A stretch of 47,505 bases of DNA, taken from the NCBI GenBank assembly GCA_009886115.1, contig VFJJ01000094.1, positions 1 through 47,505 on the forward strand, in the 5' to 3' direction. Positions 32,981 through 43,212 of this stretch are shown piece after piece. This stretch comes from Actinomycetota bacterium (GTDB lineage: Bacteria; Actinomycetota; Acidimicrobiia; IMCC26256; VFJJ01). The notes beneath the pieces were generated by a model, which searched no databases, was not told where the DNA came from, and saw nothing but the letters and a program-made list of their open reading frames with translations. Positions within the stretch are counted from its first letter, which is position 1, and each line of letters begins with the position of its first letter. The translations under genes were made by a program, and so were the position numbers.

Positions 32981-33961
32981 GTGATCCTCCGCCTCCGAAT
33001 CTTGCTCGTCGCGCTCGTCGTCGCCGTGGTGTGCGCAGGATGCCGGGTCGACATGAGCACCGAGGTGTCGCTCCGACCGGACGGTTCGGGCACGGTCACG
33101 GTCGTGGTGGCGATGGACGCCGACGCCGTCTCGGCCCTGGGCGGTGTCGACAAGCTCCGTACGGCCGACCTCGTCGCTGCCGGCTGGGAGGTCGCGTCGC
33201 CCGTCCCCGCAGCAGAAGGCGGGAGCGGGATCACGATGACGGCCTCGAAGTCCTTTCTCGACGACGCCCAGCTGTCGGCGGTGCTCGCCGAGATCACCGG
33301 CGTCGCCGGCGTCTACGGCGATCCGTCGTTCGGCCGCTCGAGAACGACCTTCCGAGAGCACTACGACTTCAGCGCGTCGCTCGACCTCACGCAGGGTCTC
33401 GCCGCCCTCGACGACCCCGGACTCGTGACCCTCCTGGAGGCGAACGGCGCCGACGTGGCTGCCCTGAGAGCCACGGCGGCAGCGATCCCTGCATCGGTCG
33501 GGATCAGCCTGTCGGTCGAGCTCCCCGGCGGCGCGAGCAGAACGTGGAACGCGCAACCGGGACAGGTCGTGGCTGCCGAGCTCTCGTCGTCGACGGTTCG
33601 TTCGGGCCAGATCGGCAAGATCGCGGCCGCGGCGGTGCTCGCCGGTCTGGCCGTGCTCGTCGCTGTCGTCGCGGTCGGCAGTGCGATGGGGCGGAGACGG
33701 CGCGCCTGGCGGGACGGGTTCCCGACGGGGCGAGGTCGAGGGGCTCTCCTCGATGCTCCCGACGACTGGCTCGACGACTGGTCGGCTCCCGACGGCGACG
33801 GATCGGGTCGGCCACCGGGGTCGCCGGGGTCAGCGGGCGTCGTTCCGGGCATCGCTCCGGAGGTCGTCGTTCACATCGCCGAGGCCCGGCCCGTCGACCT
33901 GCCGCCGCCCCCTCCCGACTGGGATCCCTTCGGCTCCGAGCCCGATCCCCGGCGAGGCTGA
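32981..33961 (+). CDS. LppM-like lipoprotein with C-terminal TM
   Basis: Lipobox VCAGC followed by RVDMSTEVSLRPDGSG; start inferred. Confidence 0.65.
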   Translation: MILRLRILLVALVVAVVCAGCRVDMSTEVSLRPDGSGTVTVVVAMDADAVSALGGVDKLRTADLVAAGWEVASPVPAAEGGSGITMTASKSFLDDAQLSAVLAEITGVAGVYGDPSFGRSRTTFREHYDFSASLDLTQGLAALDDPGLVTLLEANGADVAALRATAAAIPASVGISLSVELPGGASRTWNAQPGQVVAAELSSSTVRSGQIGKIAAAAVLAGLAVLVAVVAVGSAMGRRRRAWRDGFPTGRGRGALLDAPDDWLDDWSAPDGDGSGRPPGSPGSAGVVPGIAPEVVVHIAEARPVDLPPPPPDWDPFGSEPDPRRG

Positions 33962-35205
33962 ACCGTCCTCTCCGACCTCGCCGGCGTCGCCCGAAAGGCC
34001 CGGTACAGCCCGCGAGCCAACGCCGGTGAACGCATCAGGAACGGCAGCGGATCACGCCACGACCACATCGCCCACGAGCGCGCTCCCATCACCGAACGCA
34101 GCCACTCCGCCATCGTCACGGCGCCGTCGCGGCGGAGCTCGGCCAGCGCGAGCACCTCGAGCTCCTCGTTGACCCAGGTGAGCCCCGAGCTCGTCGACAC
34201 CGTGCGGCTGATCGGCTGTCCGAGGATCTCCTGGTAGGCGATCCACGGCAGGTCGACACCCGCGCTGATCGCGAGCTGATTGCACGTGCCGCTGCGCGCA
34301 TTGATCTCGATGAGGCACCAGGAGCCGTCGCGGGCGTCGCGCTTCCATTCCACGCCGACGATCCCCCGGTAGGAGAACGCCGAGAGGAGCTGCCGCGACA
34401 GATCGGCAACCTCGGGCGCGACCACGGTCTCCTGCGTGGAGCCGGTGCCGAAGCCCGTCGGGAACTGCCTGACCTTGTGCTTGGTGAGGCAACTGTGCTC
34501 ACGCCCGTGGGCATCCCAGAAGGCGAGATACCCGTAGAGCTCGCTGTCGTCGCCGGGGATGATCTCCTGTACGACGAAGCCCCCGGGATCGGCCACCTGG
34601 GCCCGGTACGCCGCCTCCAACTCGCCGAGGTTCTCAGCGACGATCGCTTTGGCGGCCATGAGCTTGCGCCCCGCGGGCGACGACGGCTTGAGCAGGCACG
34701 GGAACCCGACCTCCCGGGCGGCCGCCCGCAGCTCGTCCAGCGTGATGGCTCCGCAGGAGCGGGGGACACGGATCCCGGCCAGGGCAGCTCTGCGGTACTG
34801 CGCGGTCTTGTCGAGGATGGCCGCCGCGTCTTCCGGCTCGGGCACGAGGAACCGGAACCGACGGGCAAGGGCCTGTGCATTCCGGGCGACGAGATCGACG
34901 TCCCTGTCACCCGTTGGGATCAACAGGCCGGGCACCGGGAGCCGTCGACCGATCGAGTCAAGGGCGTCGAGCCAGGCCTCGGGGTCGGTCACCCCCTCCG
35001 GCATGATCAGGGCACGCGCGTAACGGCTCCGGGTGGCCGACCGCCGCTTGTCGTCGATCACCAGGACCGGCACCCCGCGCCGGCCGAGGCTCCGCGCATG
35101 GCTGAGCGCGTTGACCGACCCGCTGAGGATCACCGCCGGGACGGGCCCGTCGTGGGGAAGGCCGCGAAACCAGCGATCGAGTCCGGGTTCGATGATCACC
35201 GGCAC
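33871..35205 (-). CDS. ATP-grasp carboxylate-amine ligase (D-aspartate-ligase-like)
   Basis: ARSLGRRGVPV, GFPCLLKP, VQEIIPG, EWKRDARDG, LIEINAR. Confidence 0.85.
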   Translation of the reverse strand: MPVIIEPGLDRWFRGLPHDGPVPAVILSGSVNALSHARSLGRRGVPVLVIDDKRRSATRSRYARALIMPEGVTDPEAWLDALDSIGRRLPVPGLLIPTGDRDVDLVARNAQALARRFRFLVPEPEDAAAILDKTAQYRRAALAGIRVPRSCGAITLDELRAAAREVGFPCLLKPSSPAGRKLMAAKAIVAENLGELEAAYRAQVADPGGFVVQEIIPGDDSELYGYLAFWDAHGREHSCLTKHKVRQFPTGFGTGSTQETVVAPEVADLSRQLLSAFSYRGIVGVEWKRDARDGSWCLIEINARSGTCNQLAISAGVDLPWIAYQEILGQPISRTVSTSSGLTWVNEELEVLALAELRRDGAVTMAEWLRSVMGARSWAMWSWRDPLPFLMRSPALARGLYRAFRATPARSERTVQPRRGSGSEPKGSQSGGGGGRSTGRASAM

Positions 35206-36062
35206 AGTTTGCTCGCTCCAGCGAGATGCGGTGACACACCCCAGGACCCCTCACGATCGGAATCCCCTCGGCTCCGAGCGCGATCGGCGAGCGGGCTAGA
35301 CCAGCCGGAGGGGAACTGCCTGACCTTGTGCTTGGTGAGCCAGCTGTGCTCACGTCCCTCGGCATCCCAAAAGGCGAGATACCCGTAGAGCTCGCTGTCG
35401 TCGCCGGGGATGATCTCCTGTACCACGAAGCCGGCCGGGTCGGCGCAGTGCGAGCGGTACAGCGACTCGAGCTCGGCAGCGTCCGAGGCGACGAGCACCT
35501 TCCCCCGTATCGTGTCCCGGGCCATCTGCGAGAACGGCTTGAGAAGGCAGGGGAACGGCATCACACCCGCGACTTCCTGGACCTCGGCGAGCGACGCCGG
35601 GTGCCAGGTGATGGGGATGCGAATGCCGGCAGCCGACGCTCGCTCGTACTGCTGGGCCTTGTCGAGGATGGCTGTCACCTCTTCAACGGCCGGCACGAGG
35701 AACCGAAACCAGCTCGACAGCTCGGTCGCGTTGCGGGCCACGAACTCCACGTAACCATCGGTCGTGGGGAACAAGACGCCGGGCACGGGCAGGCAACGGC
35801 CGATCTGCCCGAGCACGTCGAGCCAGACTCCGGGCTCCGCTGCCGCCTCGGCGACGACCAGGGACCGCACGTAGCGGCTGGCCGTGGCGGCCCGCTTCGA
35901 CGTGTCGAGCATCAGGACCGGGACTCCCCGGCGACCGAGGCTCCGGGCGTAGCTCAGGGCGTTGACGGAGCCGCCGAGCACGACAGCCACAGGCTGGCGG
36001 CTCGGGAGCTCTCGGAGCCAACGGTCGAGTTCGAGATTGATCTTCGCCGAGGCAGTATGCAC
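35196..36062 (-). pseudogene. C-terminally truncated ATP-grasp paralogue
   Basis: Collinear with downstream paralogue up to KHKVRQFP, then unrelated; lacks the EINAR region. Confidence 0.72.
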
Positions 36063-36238
36063 ACTTTGAGGGTGGCTCCCAACCACCGACGAGCGCGAGG
36101 TGGTGATCGGGCAGGCAGCGCGCTCGTTCGACCAGGTCGGTGCATCCCGCAAACCGCTCCAGCGATCGAGCTCGTGCGAGCTCGCACCCCATGTGAGGGT
36201 CCCCGCAGCCTGTCGTACCCCCCGGGTAGGGTACGGGC

Positions 36239-37597
36239 ATGAGTCGAACGCGTGTTTGCTTTCGCTGCCAGCTGTGCGGTGCCGAGTCACCCAAGTGGTT
36301 GGGGCGATGCCAGGAGTGTGGGGAGTGGGGCAGCGTCATCGAGGAGCACTCCCCGTCCTCGAACGGCTCGGGATCGGGCCGAGCCGAGGCGGTCCAGGCA
36401 GCCATTCCGATGCTCGAGGTTTCGAGTGAGGGCGAGGAGCCCATGCCGTCGGGCGTGGGCGAGCTCGATCGGGTGCTCGGCGGCGGGCTCGTGCCCGGGT
36501 CGGTGACGCTGCTCGGCGGCGAGCCGGGCATCGGCAAGAGCACGCTCGTGCTGCAGGCCCTGGCTGGTCTCGTGGCCGAGAGGCCCGGCGAGCGGGCCAT
36601 GGTGGTCACCGCCGAGGAATCTCGCCAACAGGTGCGGGCCCGTGCCGAGCGGCTGGGCGTGCTCTCGGCCGACCTGTGGCTCCTGGCCGAGACCTCGTTG
36701 GCGTCGATCGCCACCCAGATCCGACAGGTGCGGCCTGCTGTCGTGGCCGTCGACTCGGTGCAGACCATCCACGACCCGGCGTTCGAATCGGCTCCTGGCA
36801 CCGTCTCGCAGGTGCGCGAATGCACCCATCGTCTCGTGCAACTGGCCAAGCAGGAAGGGGTCGCGGTCATCCTGGTGGGGCATGTCACCAAGGAGGGTTC
36901 GCTGGCCGGGCCCCGAACGCTCGAGCATCTCGTCGACACGGTCCTGTCGTTCGAGGGCGATCGCCACCATGCTCTGCGCATGCTCCGGGCGGTGAAGCAC
37001 CGGTTCGGGCCAACGTCCGAGCTCGGGTTGTTCGAGATGACCGGCTCGGGCCTGCGCGACCTGTCCGATCCCTCGGCCTTGTTTCTCGCCGATCGGCGCC
37101 AGGGCACCTCGGGCTCGGCGGTGGCTGCGGTGCTCGAAGGCGCCCGTCCCCTCCTCGTCGAAGTGCAGGCCCTCACCGGACGCGACCGCACACAGATGCC
37201 CCGACGAGCCGCCACCGGCGTCGACCCGGCGCGCCTCGCCATGCTGCTCGGGGTGCTCGACCGGCGGGCAGACGTCTCGTTGGCCTCGGTCGACGTGTAC
37301 GCGAGCGTGGCCGGCGGCGTGCGGCTCGCCGAGCCCGGAGGCGACCTGGCCCTGTGCCTGGCCCTGGTCAGCGCCCATCGCAACGTGTCGCTACCTCCCG
37401 ACTCGGTCGCCGTCGGAGAGGTCGGCCTGGGGGGCGAGATCCGCCAGGCCGCGCAGACGCCTCGTCGTCTGGCCGAGGCGGCCCGGCTGGGGTTCACCGA
37501 GGCGATCGTCCCCGAGAGCACGCCCGACGTCAGCGGCATCCGTCTGCGGCGGGTGACCACACTCACCCAGGCCATCCGCCAGGTCCTCGGGCCGTGA
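36239..37597 (+). CDS. radA: DNA repair protein RadA/Sms
   Basis: CxxC...CxxC finger, GGEPGIGKST, KHRFG, GEVGLGGE. Confidence 0.97.
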   Translation: MSRTRVCFRCQLCGAESPKWLGRCQECGEWGSVIEEHSPSSNGSGSGRAEAVQAAIPMLEVSSEGEEPMPSGVGELDRVLGGGLVPGSVTLLGGEPGIGKSTLVLQALAGLVAERPGERAMVVTAEESRQQVRARAERLGVLSADLWLLAETSLASIATQIRQVRPAVVAVDSVQTIHDPAFESAPGTVSQVRECTHRLVQLAKQEGVAVILVGHVTKEGSLAGPRTLEHLVDTVLSFEGDRHHALRMLRAVKHRFGPTSELGLFEMTGSGLRDLSDPSALFLADRRQGTSGSAVAAVLEGARPLLVEVQALTGRDRTQMPRRAATGVDPARLAMLLGVLDRRADVSLASVDVYASVAGGVRLAEPGGDLALCLALVSAHRNVSLPPDSVAVGEVGLGGEIRQAAQTPRRLAEAARLGFTEAIVPESTPDVSGIRLRRVTTLTQAIRQVLGP

Positions 37598-37701
37598 GCG
37601 CCGGCCTGCCGCACGCCGACGGCACCAGACGGCGTGTCGACGCGAACTACTAGCCTGCCCGGCAACTCCCTGCCGTCACCGGCTCCACCTCGAGGATCGC
37701 C

Positions 37702-38775
37702 GTGGCCCACTCTCGACCCTCTGAAGCGATGCTCGAAGCGCTGCGGATCGTGGCGCCGGGCACGACACTGCGTGATGGCATCGATCGGATCCTCCAGGCC
37801 CGCATGGGTGCGCTGATCATCGTCGGAGACGGGCCCGAGGTGCTCGCGTTGTGCTCAGGGGGCTTCCTCCTCGATGCCGAGTTCACGCCTCAGCGGCTCT
37901 CGGAGCTGGCCAAGATGGACGGCGCGATCATCCTGGCGGGCGACTGCTCTCGGGTGGCGCGGGCCAACGTCCACCTGGTGCCCGATCCGTTCATCCCAAC
38001 GCAGGAGACCGGCACGCGCCATCGCACCGCCGAGCGCGTCGCCCGGCAGATCGGCAACACGGTCATCTCCGTCTCGGAGGAGATGTCCGTGGTCTCGGTG
38101 TACCGCCGCAACGAGCGGCACACGCTCGAGCCCATCCCGAGGCTGCTGGCCCGGGCCGACCAGGCCCTCCAGACCCTCGAGCGCTATCGGGCCCGGCTCG
38201 ACTCGGTCAACGGTGCGCTCTCGGCCCTCGAGGTCGAGGATCTCGTGACCGTCCGCGACGTCGTGTCGGTGCTGGCCCTCACCGAGATGGTGCGGCGCAT
38301 CGCGGAAGAGATCGAGTGGTACATCGTCGAGCTCGGCACCGACGGCCGGCTGGCCCACCTCCAGCTCGACGAGCTCATGCAGGGCGTCGGCGACGATCGA
38401 CGACTCGTGGCTCGCGACTACGCCGTCACCACATCGGGCTGGACCATGAGCGATGTCGTCGACGCGCTCGCGGCGCTGAGCACGGAAGACCTGCTCGATC
38501 TCCGGGTCGTCCAGTCGGTGCTGAACCTCCCCGGCGGCGCCGATCTCGACTCGCTCAGTCAGGCGCGGGGCTACCGGCTGCTGAACAAGGTGCCCCGGCT
38601 CCCGTCGGTCGTCGCCGATCGGGTCGTCGAGCATTTCGGCAGCTTGGGCCGGATCATGCGGGCATCGGTCGACGACCTGGTCCTTGTCGAGGGCGTCGGC
38701 GAGACCCGGGCCCGGGCGATCAAGGAAGGCCTCTCCCGTCTGGCCGAGAATTCGATCCTCGATCGATACACCTGA
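37702..38775 (+). CDS. disA: DNA integrity scanning diadenylate cyclase
   Basis: APGTTLRDG, KMDGA, ETGTRHRTAER, C-terminal HhH. Confidence 0.96.
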   Translation: MAHSRPSEAMLEALRIVAPGTTLRDGIDRILQARMGALIIVGDGPEVLALCSGGFLLDAEFTPQRLSELAKMDGAIILAGDCSRVARANVHLVPDPFIPTQETGTRHRTAERVARQIGNTVISVSEEMSVVSVYRRNERHTLEPIPRLLARADQALQTLERYRARLDSVNGALSALEVEDLVTVRDVVSVLALTEMVRRIAEEIEWYIVELGTDGRLAHLQLDELMQGVGDDRRLVARDYAVTTSGWTMSDVVDALAALSTEDLLDLRVVQSVLNLPGGADLDSLSQARGYRLLNKVPRLPSVVADRVVEHFGSLGRIMRASVDDLVLVEGVGETRARAIKEGLSRLAENSILDRYT

Positions 38776-38928
38776 CGTTCATCGCTGCGCCGCCGACCAT
38801 CAGAGACCCGTTCCGAACCGACCAGCTTCCGAGCGGCGGCTTCACGGTCGCGGCGGTCGCCGGCCGTCGCGGCGGTCGGGTGACACGCTCGGTCGCCGCC
38901 GGGTCAACCCGTCCGATCGACCTGCTCG

Positions 38929-39615
38929 TCAGCGTGATGCCCGGCGCTCGAGCGCGACCCGGTTGAGCAGCCGGTAGTGCCCGCGTTCGATCGTCTCGAT
39001 CCACCCCAGACGGGTGAAGGTGGCCAACGCCCGGTTGACCCGCTCCCGTGAGGCCCCGACCCGTCCGGCGAGCTCTTCCTGGGTGAGCGGCGACACGAAA
39101 TCGTCGGCTCCGGCCGAGATCTCGAGCAGACGCTTGGCGGTGCGACCGGGAACGTCCAGGAAGGCCGCGTCGGCGAGGGCCTCGTCGGCGGCACGCAACC
39201 GGGCGGCGAGCAACGCCGTGACCGCCCAGATCGCTGCGGGATGGGTCTCGAGGGCGTCGCGCATCGCTCCGAATCCGACCTCGAGCACCTCGGCGGCCGA
39301 CACGGCTCGGGCATCGGCCGAGCGGGCCTCGCCGTCGAACAGCGGCAGCTCGCCGAGGAGGGTGCCGGGCCCGAGCACGGCGACGATCGACTCGCGACCG
39401 TCGTAGGCCCGGCTGGCTATGGCGATCTCGCCTTCCGAGACGACGTACAAGGAGTCGGCCGCGTCACCTTCGCGAAACAGCACATCACCCCGCCCGAGTC
39501 GACGGACTCGGGCGCCATCGGCCAACGACAGCGCGACGTCGACGGGCAACGCCGCGAAGAGGTCGGTGGCGAGGAACAGCTGGCGGGCCGTGGAACTCAC
39601 CTCAAACTCGGGCAC
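38929..39615 (-). CDS. Crp/Fnr-family transcriptional regulator
   Basis: LFREGD, GELPLFDGEARSADA, LTQEELAGRVGASRERVNRAL. Confidence 0.92.
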   Translation of the reverse strand: MPEFEVSSTARQLFLATDLFAALPVDVALSLADGARVRRLGRGDVLFREGDAADSLYVVSEGEIAIASRAYDGRESIVAVLGPGTLLGELPLFDGEARSADARAVSAAEVLEVGFGAMRDALETHPAAIWAVTALLAARLRAADEALADAAFLDVPGRTAKRLLEISAGADDFVSPLTQEELAGRVGASRERVNRALATFTRLGWIETIERGHYRLLNRVALERRASR

Positions 39616-39802
39616 GGACGGGCAGCCTAGGTGAATGGCGGCGCCTCGCCTCGGGTTCGACGAGCGCCGGCTGAGGGGTGCCGATCCCCTCGATCGGGCG
39701 CGTGGAGAGCCTCCGCCGAGGTCGTTCGCGGCGCCTTCGCTTTGGCAGGGTCTCCGATGACCCGTATCCTGGTGATCCCTCTACCTCTTGCCTGGGAGCC
39801 TC

Positions 39803-40306
39803 ATGCCCTTCGACGTCGGTGACAAGGTCGTCTACCCGCATCACGGAGCGGCCATCATCGAGCGGCGGGAAACACGCGAAGCCTTCGGTGAGACACGCGA
39901 CTACCTGATCCTGCGCCTCGCATATGGCGACCTCACCTTGATGGTTCCGGCCGATAACACCGAGGAGATCGGGTTGCGCGAGGTCATCAACGACGAAGAG
40001 GTCGAGGAGGTGTTCGCGGTCCTCCGCAAGAAGGAGGCGCGCATGCCCACCAACTGGTCGCGTCGGTTCAAGAACCACGTCGAGAAGCTCAAGAGCGGCG
40101 ACATCTACCAGGTGGCCGAGGTCGTGCGGAACCTCTCGATCCGCGAGAAGGACAAGGGTCTGTCCGCCGGCGAGAAGCGGATGCTGGCCCGGGCGCGGCA
40201 GATCCTGGTGTCGGAGCTCACGTTCGCGTTGGCGGTCGACGAGGCCGAGGCCGAGCGTCGCCTCGACGGCGCGCTCACGGTCGAAGGCGGCGAGAAGAAG
40301 CTGTGA
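39803..40306 (+). CDS. carD: CarD transcription factor
   Basis: FDVGDKVVYPHHGA, NWSRRFK, LSAGEKRML. Confidence 0.96.
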   Translation: MPFDVGDKVVYPHHGAAIIERRETREAFGETRDYLILRLAYGDLTLMVPADNTEEIGLREVINDEEVEEVFAVLRKKEARMPTNWSRRFKNHVEKLKSGDIYQVAEVVRNLSIREKDKGLSAGEKRMLARARQILVSELTFALAVDEAEAERRLDGALTVEGGEKKL

Positions 40307-40974
40307 ACGCACCTCCCGCCATCGGCGGGTTGGACGGGCCGGTCTGGACGATCGTCGTCGCCGCCGGCTCGGGCGATCGCTTCGGCGGGCCCAAGCAGTT
40401 CCTCCGACTGGCGGGCACACGCCTGGTCGATCGGGCCGTGGGGCTGGCCACGGGCTGCTCCGACGGTGTGGTGCTCGTCGTCCCGCCGGGGCACGTCTGG
40501 ACCGGGAGCGCAGTCGGTACCGTTGTCGAGGGTGGAACGACCCGGGCCGACTCGACCCGCCGTGGACTGGCTGCGGTCCCGTCCGACGCCGCCATCATCG
40601 TGGTGCACGACGCGGCCCGTCCGCTCGCCGACATCGGGATCTTCGCCCGGGTCGTGGCCGCCGTTCGTGACGGCCGCGCCGAGGGCGCGGTTCCCGGGAT
40701 TCCGGTGGCCGACACCCTCAAGCGGGTCGATTCCGCTGGGGCCGTCGTCGACACCGTCGAGCGGGCGGGCCTCTACGCCGTGCAGACCCCCCAGGCGTTC
40801 CGGGCCAGCGTGCTGCGTAGCGCCCACACGTCGGGAGGCGACGCGACCGACGACGCCGCCCTCGTCGAGGCGGTCGGCGGACGGGTCGTGGTCGTGCCCG
40901 GCTCGGTCCGCAACCTGAAGATCACCGTCGCCGACGACGTCGAGATCGCCACCGCCCTGTTGGCCCACGAATGA
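40303..40974 (+). CDS. ispD: MEP cytidylyltransferase
   Basis: AAGSGDRFG-PKQF, VHDAARP, VQTPQAF, TDDA, NLKIT. Confidence 0.95.
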   Translation: MNAPPAIGGLDGPVWTIVVAAGSGDRFGGPKQFLRLAGTRLVDRAVGLATGCSDGVVLVVPPGHVWTGSAVGTVVEGGTTRADSTRRGLAAVPSDAAIIVVHDAARPLADIGIFARVVAAVRDGRAEGAVPGIPVADTLKRVDSAGAVVDTVERAGLYAVQTPQAFRASVLRSAHTSGGDATDDAALVEAVGGRVVVVPGSVRNLKITVADDVEIATALLAHE

Positions 40975-41074
40975 CGGCTTCGGCCCCCGGGGAGCAATCA
41001 ACGGCGCGCGTCTGCTCGGCCCGACCGAGCCCGGCGTGGTCCACGCCCCCTCGGGGTTCTCGATCGGCGAGGCG

Positions 41075-41629
41075 ATGACTGAGCACCGGGTGGGGCTGGG
41101 CTACGACATCCATCCATTCGGCGAGAGCGCGACCAACGGCCGTCGCCTGATCCTCGGCGGTGTCGTCGTCGACGGCGCTCCGGGCTTGCTGGGCCACTCA
41201 GACGCCGATGCCGTCGCGCACGCCGTCGCCGACGCCGTGCTCGCCGCAGCGGGCCTCGGCGACATCGGCACCCTGTTCCCGGCATCGGACGAGCGCCATC
41301 GCGGAGCCGATTCCATGGATCTGCTGGCCGAGGTCGTCGCCCTGATCGAGGCCGAGGGCTGGTGCGTCGGGAACGTCTCGGTCGTGGTCAACGCCGAGCG
41401 GCCGCAGCTGGCCCCGCACCTTCGGGCCATGACCGAGCGGTTGGCCGCCGCGCTGCACACCTCGGGGGTGAACATCGCTCCCAAGCGAGGCGAGGGGCTG
41501 GGCCCGGTGGGCCGGAGCGAGGGCATTGCCGTCTGGGCGACGGCCCTCCTCGAGCGCGACGCCCGTCCAGCGGTCACCGACGGCCACACCGACGACCATA
41601 CCGGCGACCACGCCCACGAGCCCCTGTGA
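41075..41629 (+). CDS. ispF: MEcPP synthase
   Basis: RVGLGYDIH, GHSDAD, GDIGTLFP. Confidence 0.95.
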   Translation: MTEHRVGLGYDIHPFGESATNGRRLILGGVVVDGAPGLLGHSDADAVAHAVADAVLAAAGLGDIGTLFPASDERHRGADSMDLLAEVVALIEAEGWCVGNVSVVVNAERPQLAPHLRAMTERLAAALHTSGVNIAPKRGEGLGPVGRSEGIAVWATALLERDARPAVTDGHTDDHTGDHAHEPL

Positions 41630-41688
41630 GCACCACGACCGCGATACGGCCCGGGTCACGACTCGATCGACCGGTAGCCTGGCCGGCC

Positions 41689-43212
41689 ATGGTCCGCCTG
41701 TTCGACACCCTCATCGGCCGCGAGGTCGAGCTCGTCACCCGGGAGCCGGGCAAGGTCGCGATGTACGTCTGCGGGCCGACCGTCTACGACGCCCCCCATC
41801 TCGGGCACGGGCGGATGGCCCTGTGCTGGGACGTGATCCGCCGCTACCTGACGTGGCGCGGCTACGAGGTCACCTACGTCTCGAACGTCACCGACGTCGA
41901 GGACAAGATCATCCGTCGGGCCGCCGAGACCGGTTCGACCGAGGCTGAAGTGTCGCAGCACTGGGAGAGCGTCTACTTCGACGCCATGGACCGGTTGGGG
42001 ATCGCCCGGCCCGACCAGGTGCCGCACGCCACCGAGTACGTCGACCGGATGGTGCGGTTCATCACCGATCTCGTCCGCCGGGGCCGGGCCTACGTGATCG
42101 AAGGCGAAAACGGCGGCGTGTACTTCGCGGTCGACAGCATCCCCGACTACGGGGCGTTGGTGCACCGGTCGGTCGAGGAGCTGCTCGAGTCGGCAGGAGC
42201 CCGGGTCGAGGTCGACGAGCGCAAGCGCAGCCCGCTCGATTTCACGCTGTGGAAGGCCGGCAAGCCGGGCGAGCCGACCTGGCCGTCGCCGTGGGGCCCT
42301 GGCCGGCCGGGCTGGCACATCGAGTGCTCGGTGATGTCGCTGGACCTGCTCGACGACGGTTTCGACCTGCACGGCGGCGGCAACGATCTCGTGTTCCCGC
42401 ACCACGAGAACGAGCGGGCCCAGGCGCTCGGGGCCGACCGGCGATTCGCCCGACACTGGGCCCACAGCGGGATGGTCACCGTGGGCGGCGAGGGCGGCGG
42501 CGAGAAGATGTCGAAGTCGCTCGGCAACTTCACGACGCTCCTCGACGTGCTCGACCGTCACGATCCCCGGGCATTGCGGATCGCCGTGCTCCAATCGCAC
42601 TACCGCTCGGCGATGATGCTCGGCCCGTCGGAAACCTCGGCTGCCGATCGCACGCTCGAGAGCATGGATGCCCACGCTCGCAAGGCTCGGGCAGCTGGAG
42701 TGAGGCCGGGTGCCGGCGCGCGTTCTCCCGTCCAGGCGGAAGGATCGTCTGGCGACCACGCCCGAGCGGACACCGAGCAGCCCGTCATCGACGCGTTCCG
42801 AGAGGCCATGGATGCCGACTTCAACACCCCCCAGGCTTTCGCGGTGATCGCCGGAGCGATCTCCCGGGCCAACGCGGCCATCGATGTCGGCGATCTGGTC
42901 GCGGCGGCGGCACTGGTAGCCGCCGTCGAGGAAATGACGGGCGCGCTCGGGCTCGTGCTCGACGACGGGACAGGCGCCACGGCGTCACGCGGTGTGCCGA
43001 TCGCCGGACGCGGCCTTTCGATCTCCCGGTCGGCGGTCGAGGTGACGGAGGTCGACCCGGCGATCGAGGCGACCATCGATGAGCTCGTGGCCGATCGCGA
43101 CGCTGCTCGGGCCCGACGCGACTTCGAAGCGTCCGACGCCATTCGCGAGCAACTGGCATCGCTCGGCGTTCGCATCGAGGACACCCCCACCGGCACGATC
43201 TGGTTCCGATGA
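41689..43212 (+). CDS. cysS: Cysteinyl-tRNA synthetase
   Basis: YVCGPTVY, HLGH, GRPGWHIECS, KMSKS. Confidence 0.97.
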   Translation: MVRLFDTLIGREVELVTREPGKVAMYVCGPTVYDAPHLGHGRMALCWDVIRRYLTWRGYEVTYVSNVTDVEDKIIRRAAETGSTEAEVSQHWESVYFDAMDRLGIARPDQVPHATEYVDRMVRFITDLVRRGRAYVIEGENGGVYFAVDSIPDYGALVHRSVEELLESAGARVEVDERKRSPLDFTLWKAGKPGEPTWPSPWGPGRPGWHIECSVMSLDLLDDGFDLHGGGNDLVFPHHENERAQALGADRRFARHWAHSGMVTVGGEGGGEKMSKSLGNFTTLLDVLDRHDPRALRIAVLQSHYRSAMMLGPSETSAADRTLESMDAHARKARAAGVRPGAGARSPVQAEGSSGDHARADTEQPVIDAFREAMDADFNTPQAFAVIAGAISRANAAIDVGDLVAAAALVAAVEEMTGALGLVLDDGTGATASRGVPIAGRGLSISRSAVEVTEVDPAIEATIDELVADRDAARARRDFEASDAIREQLASLGVRIEDTPTGTIWFR

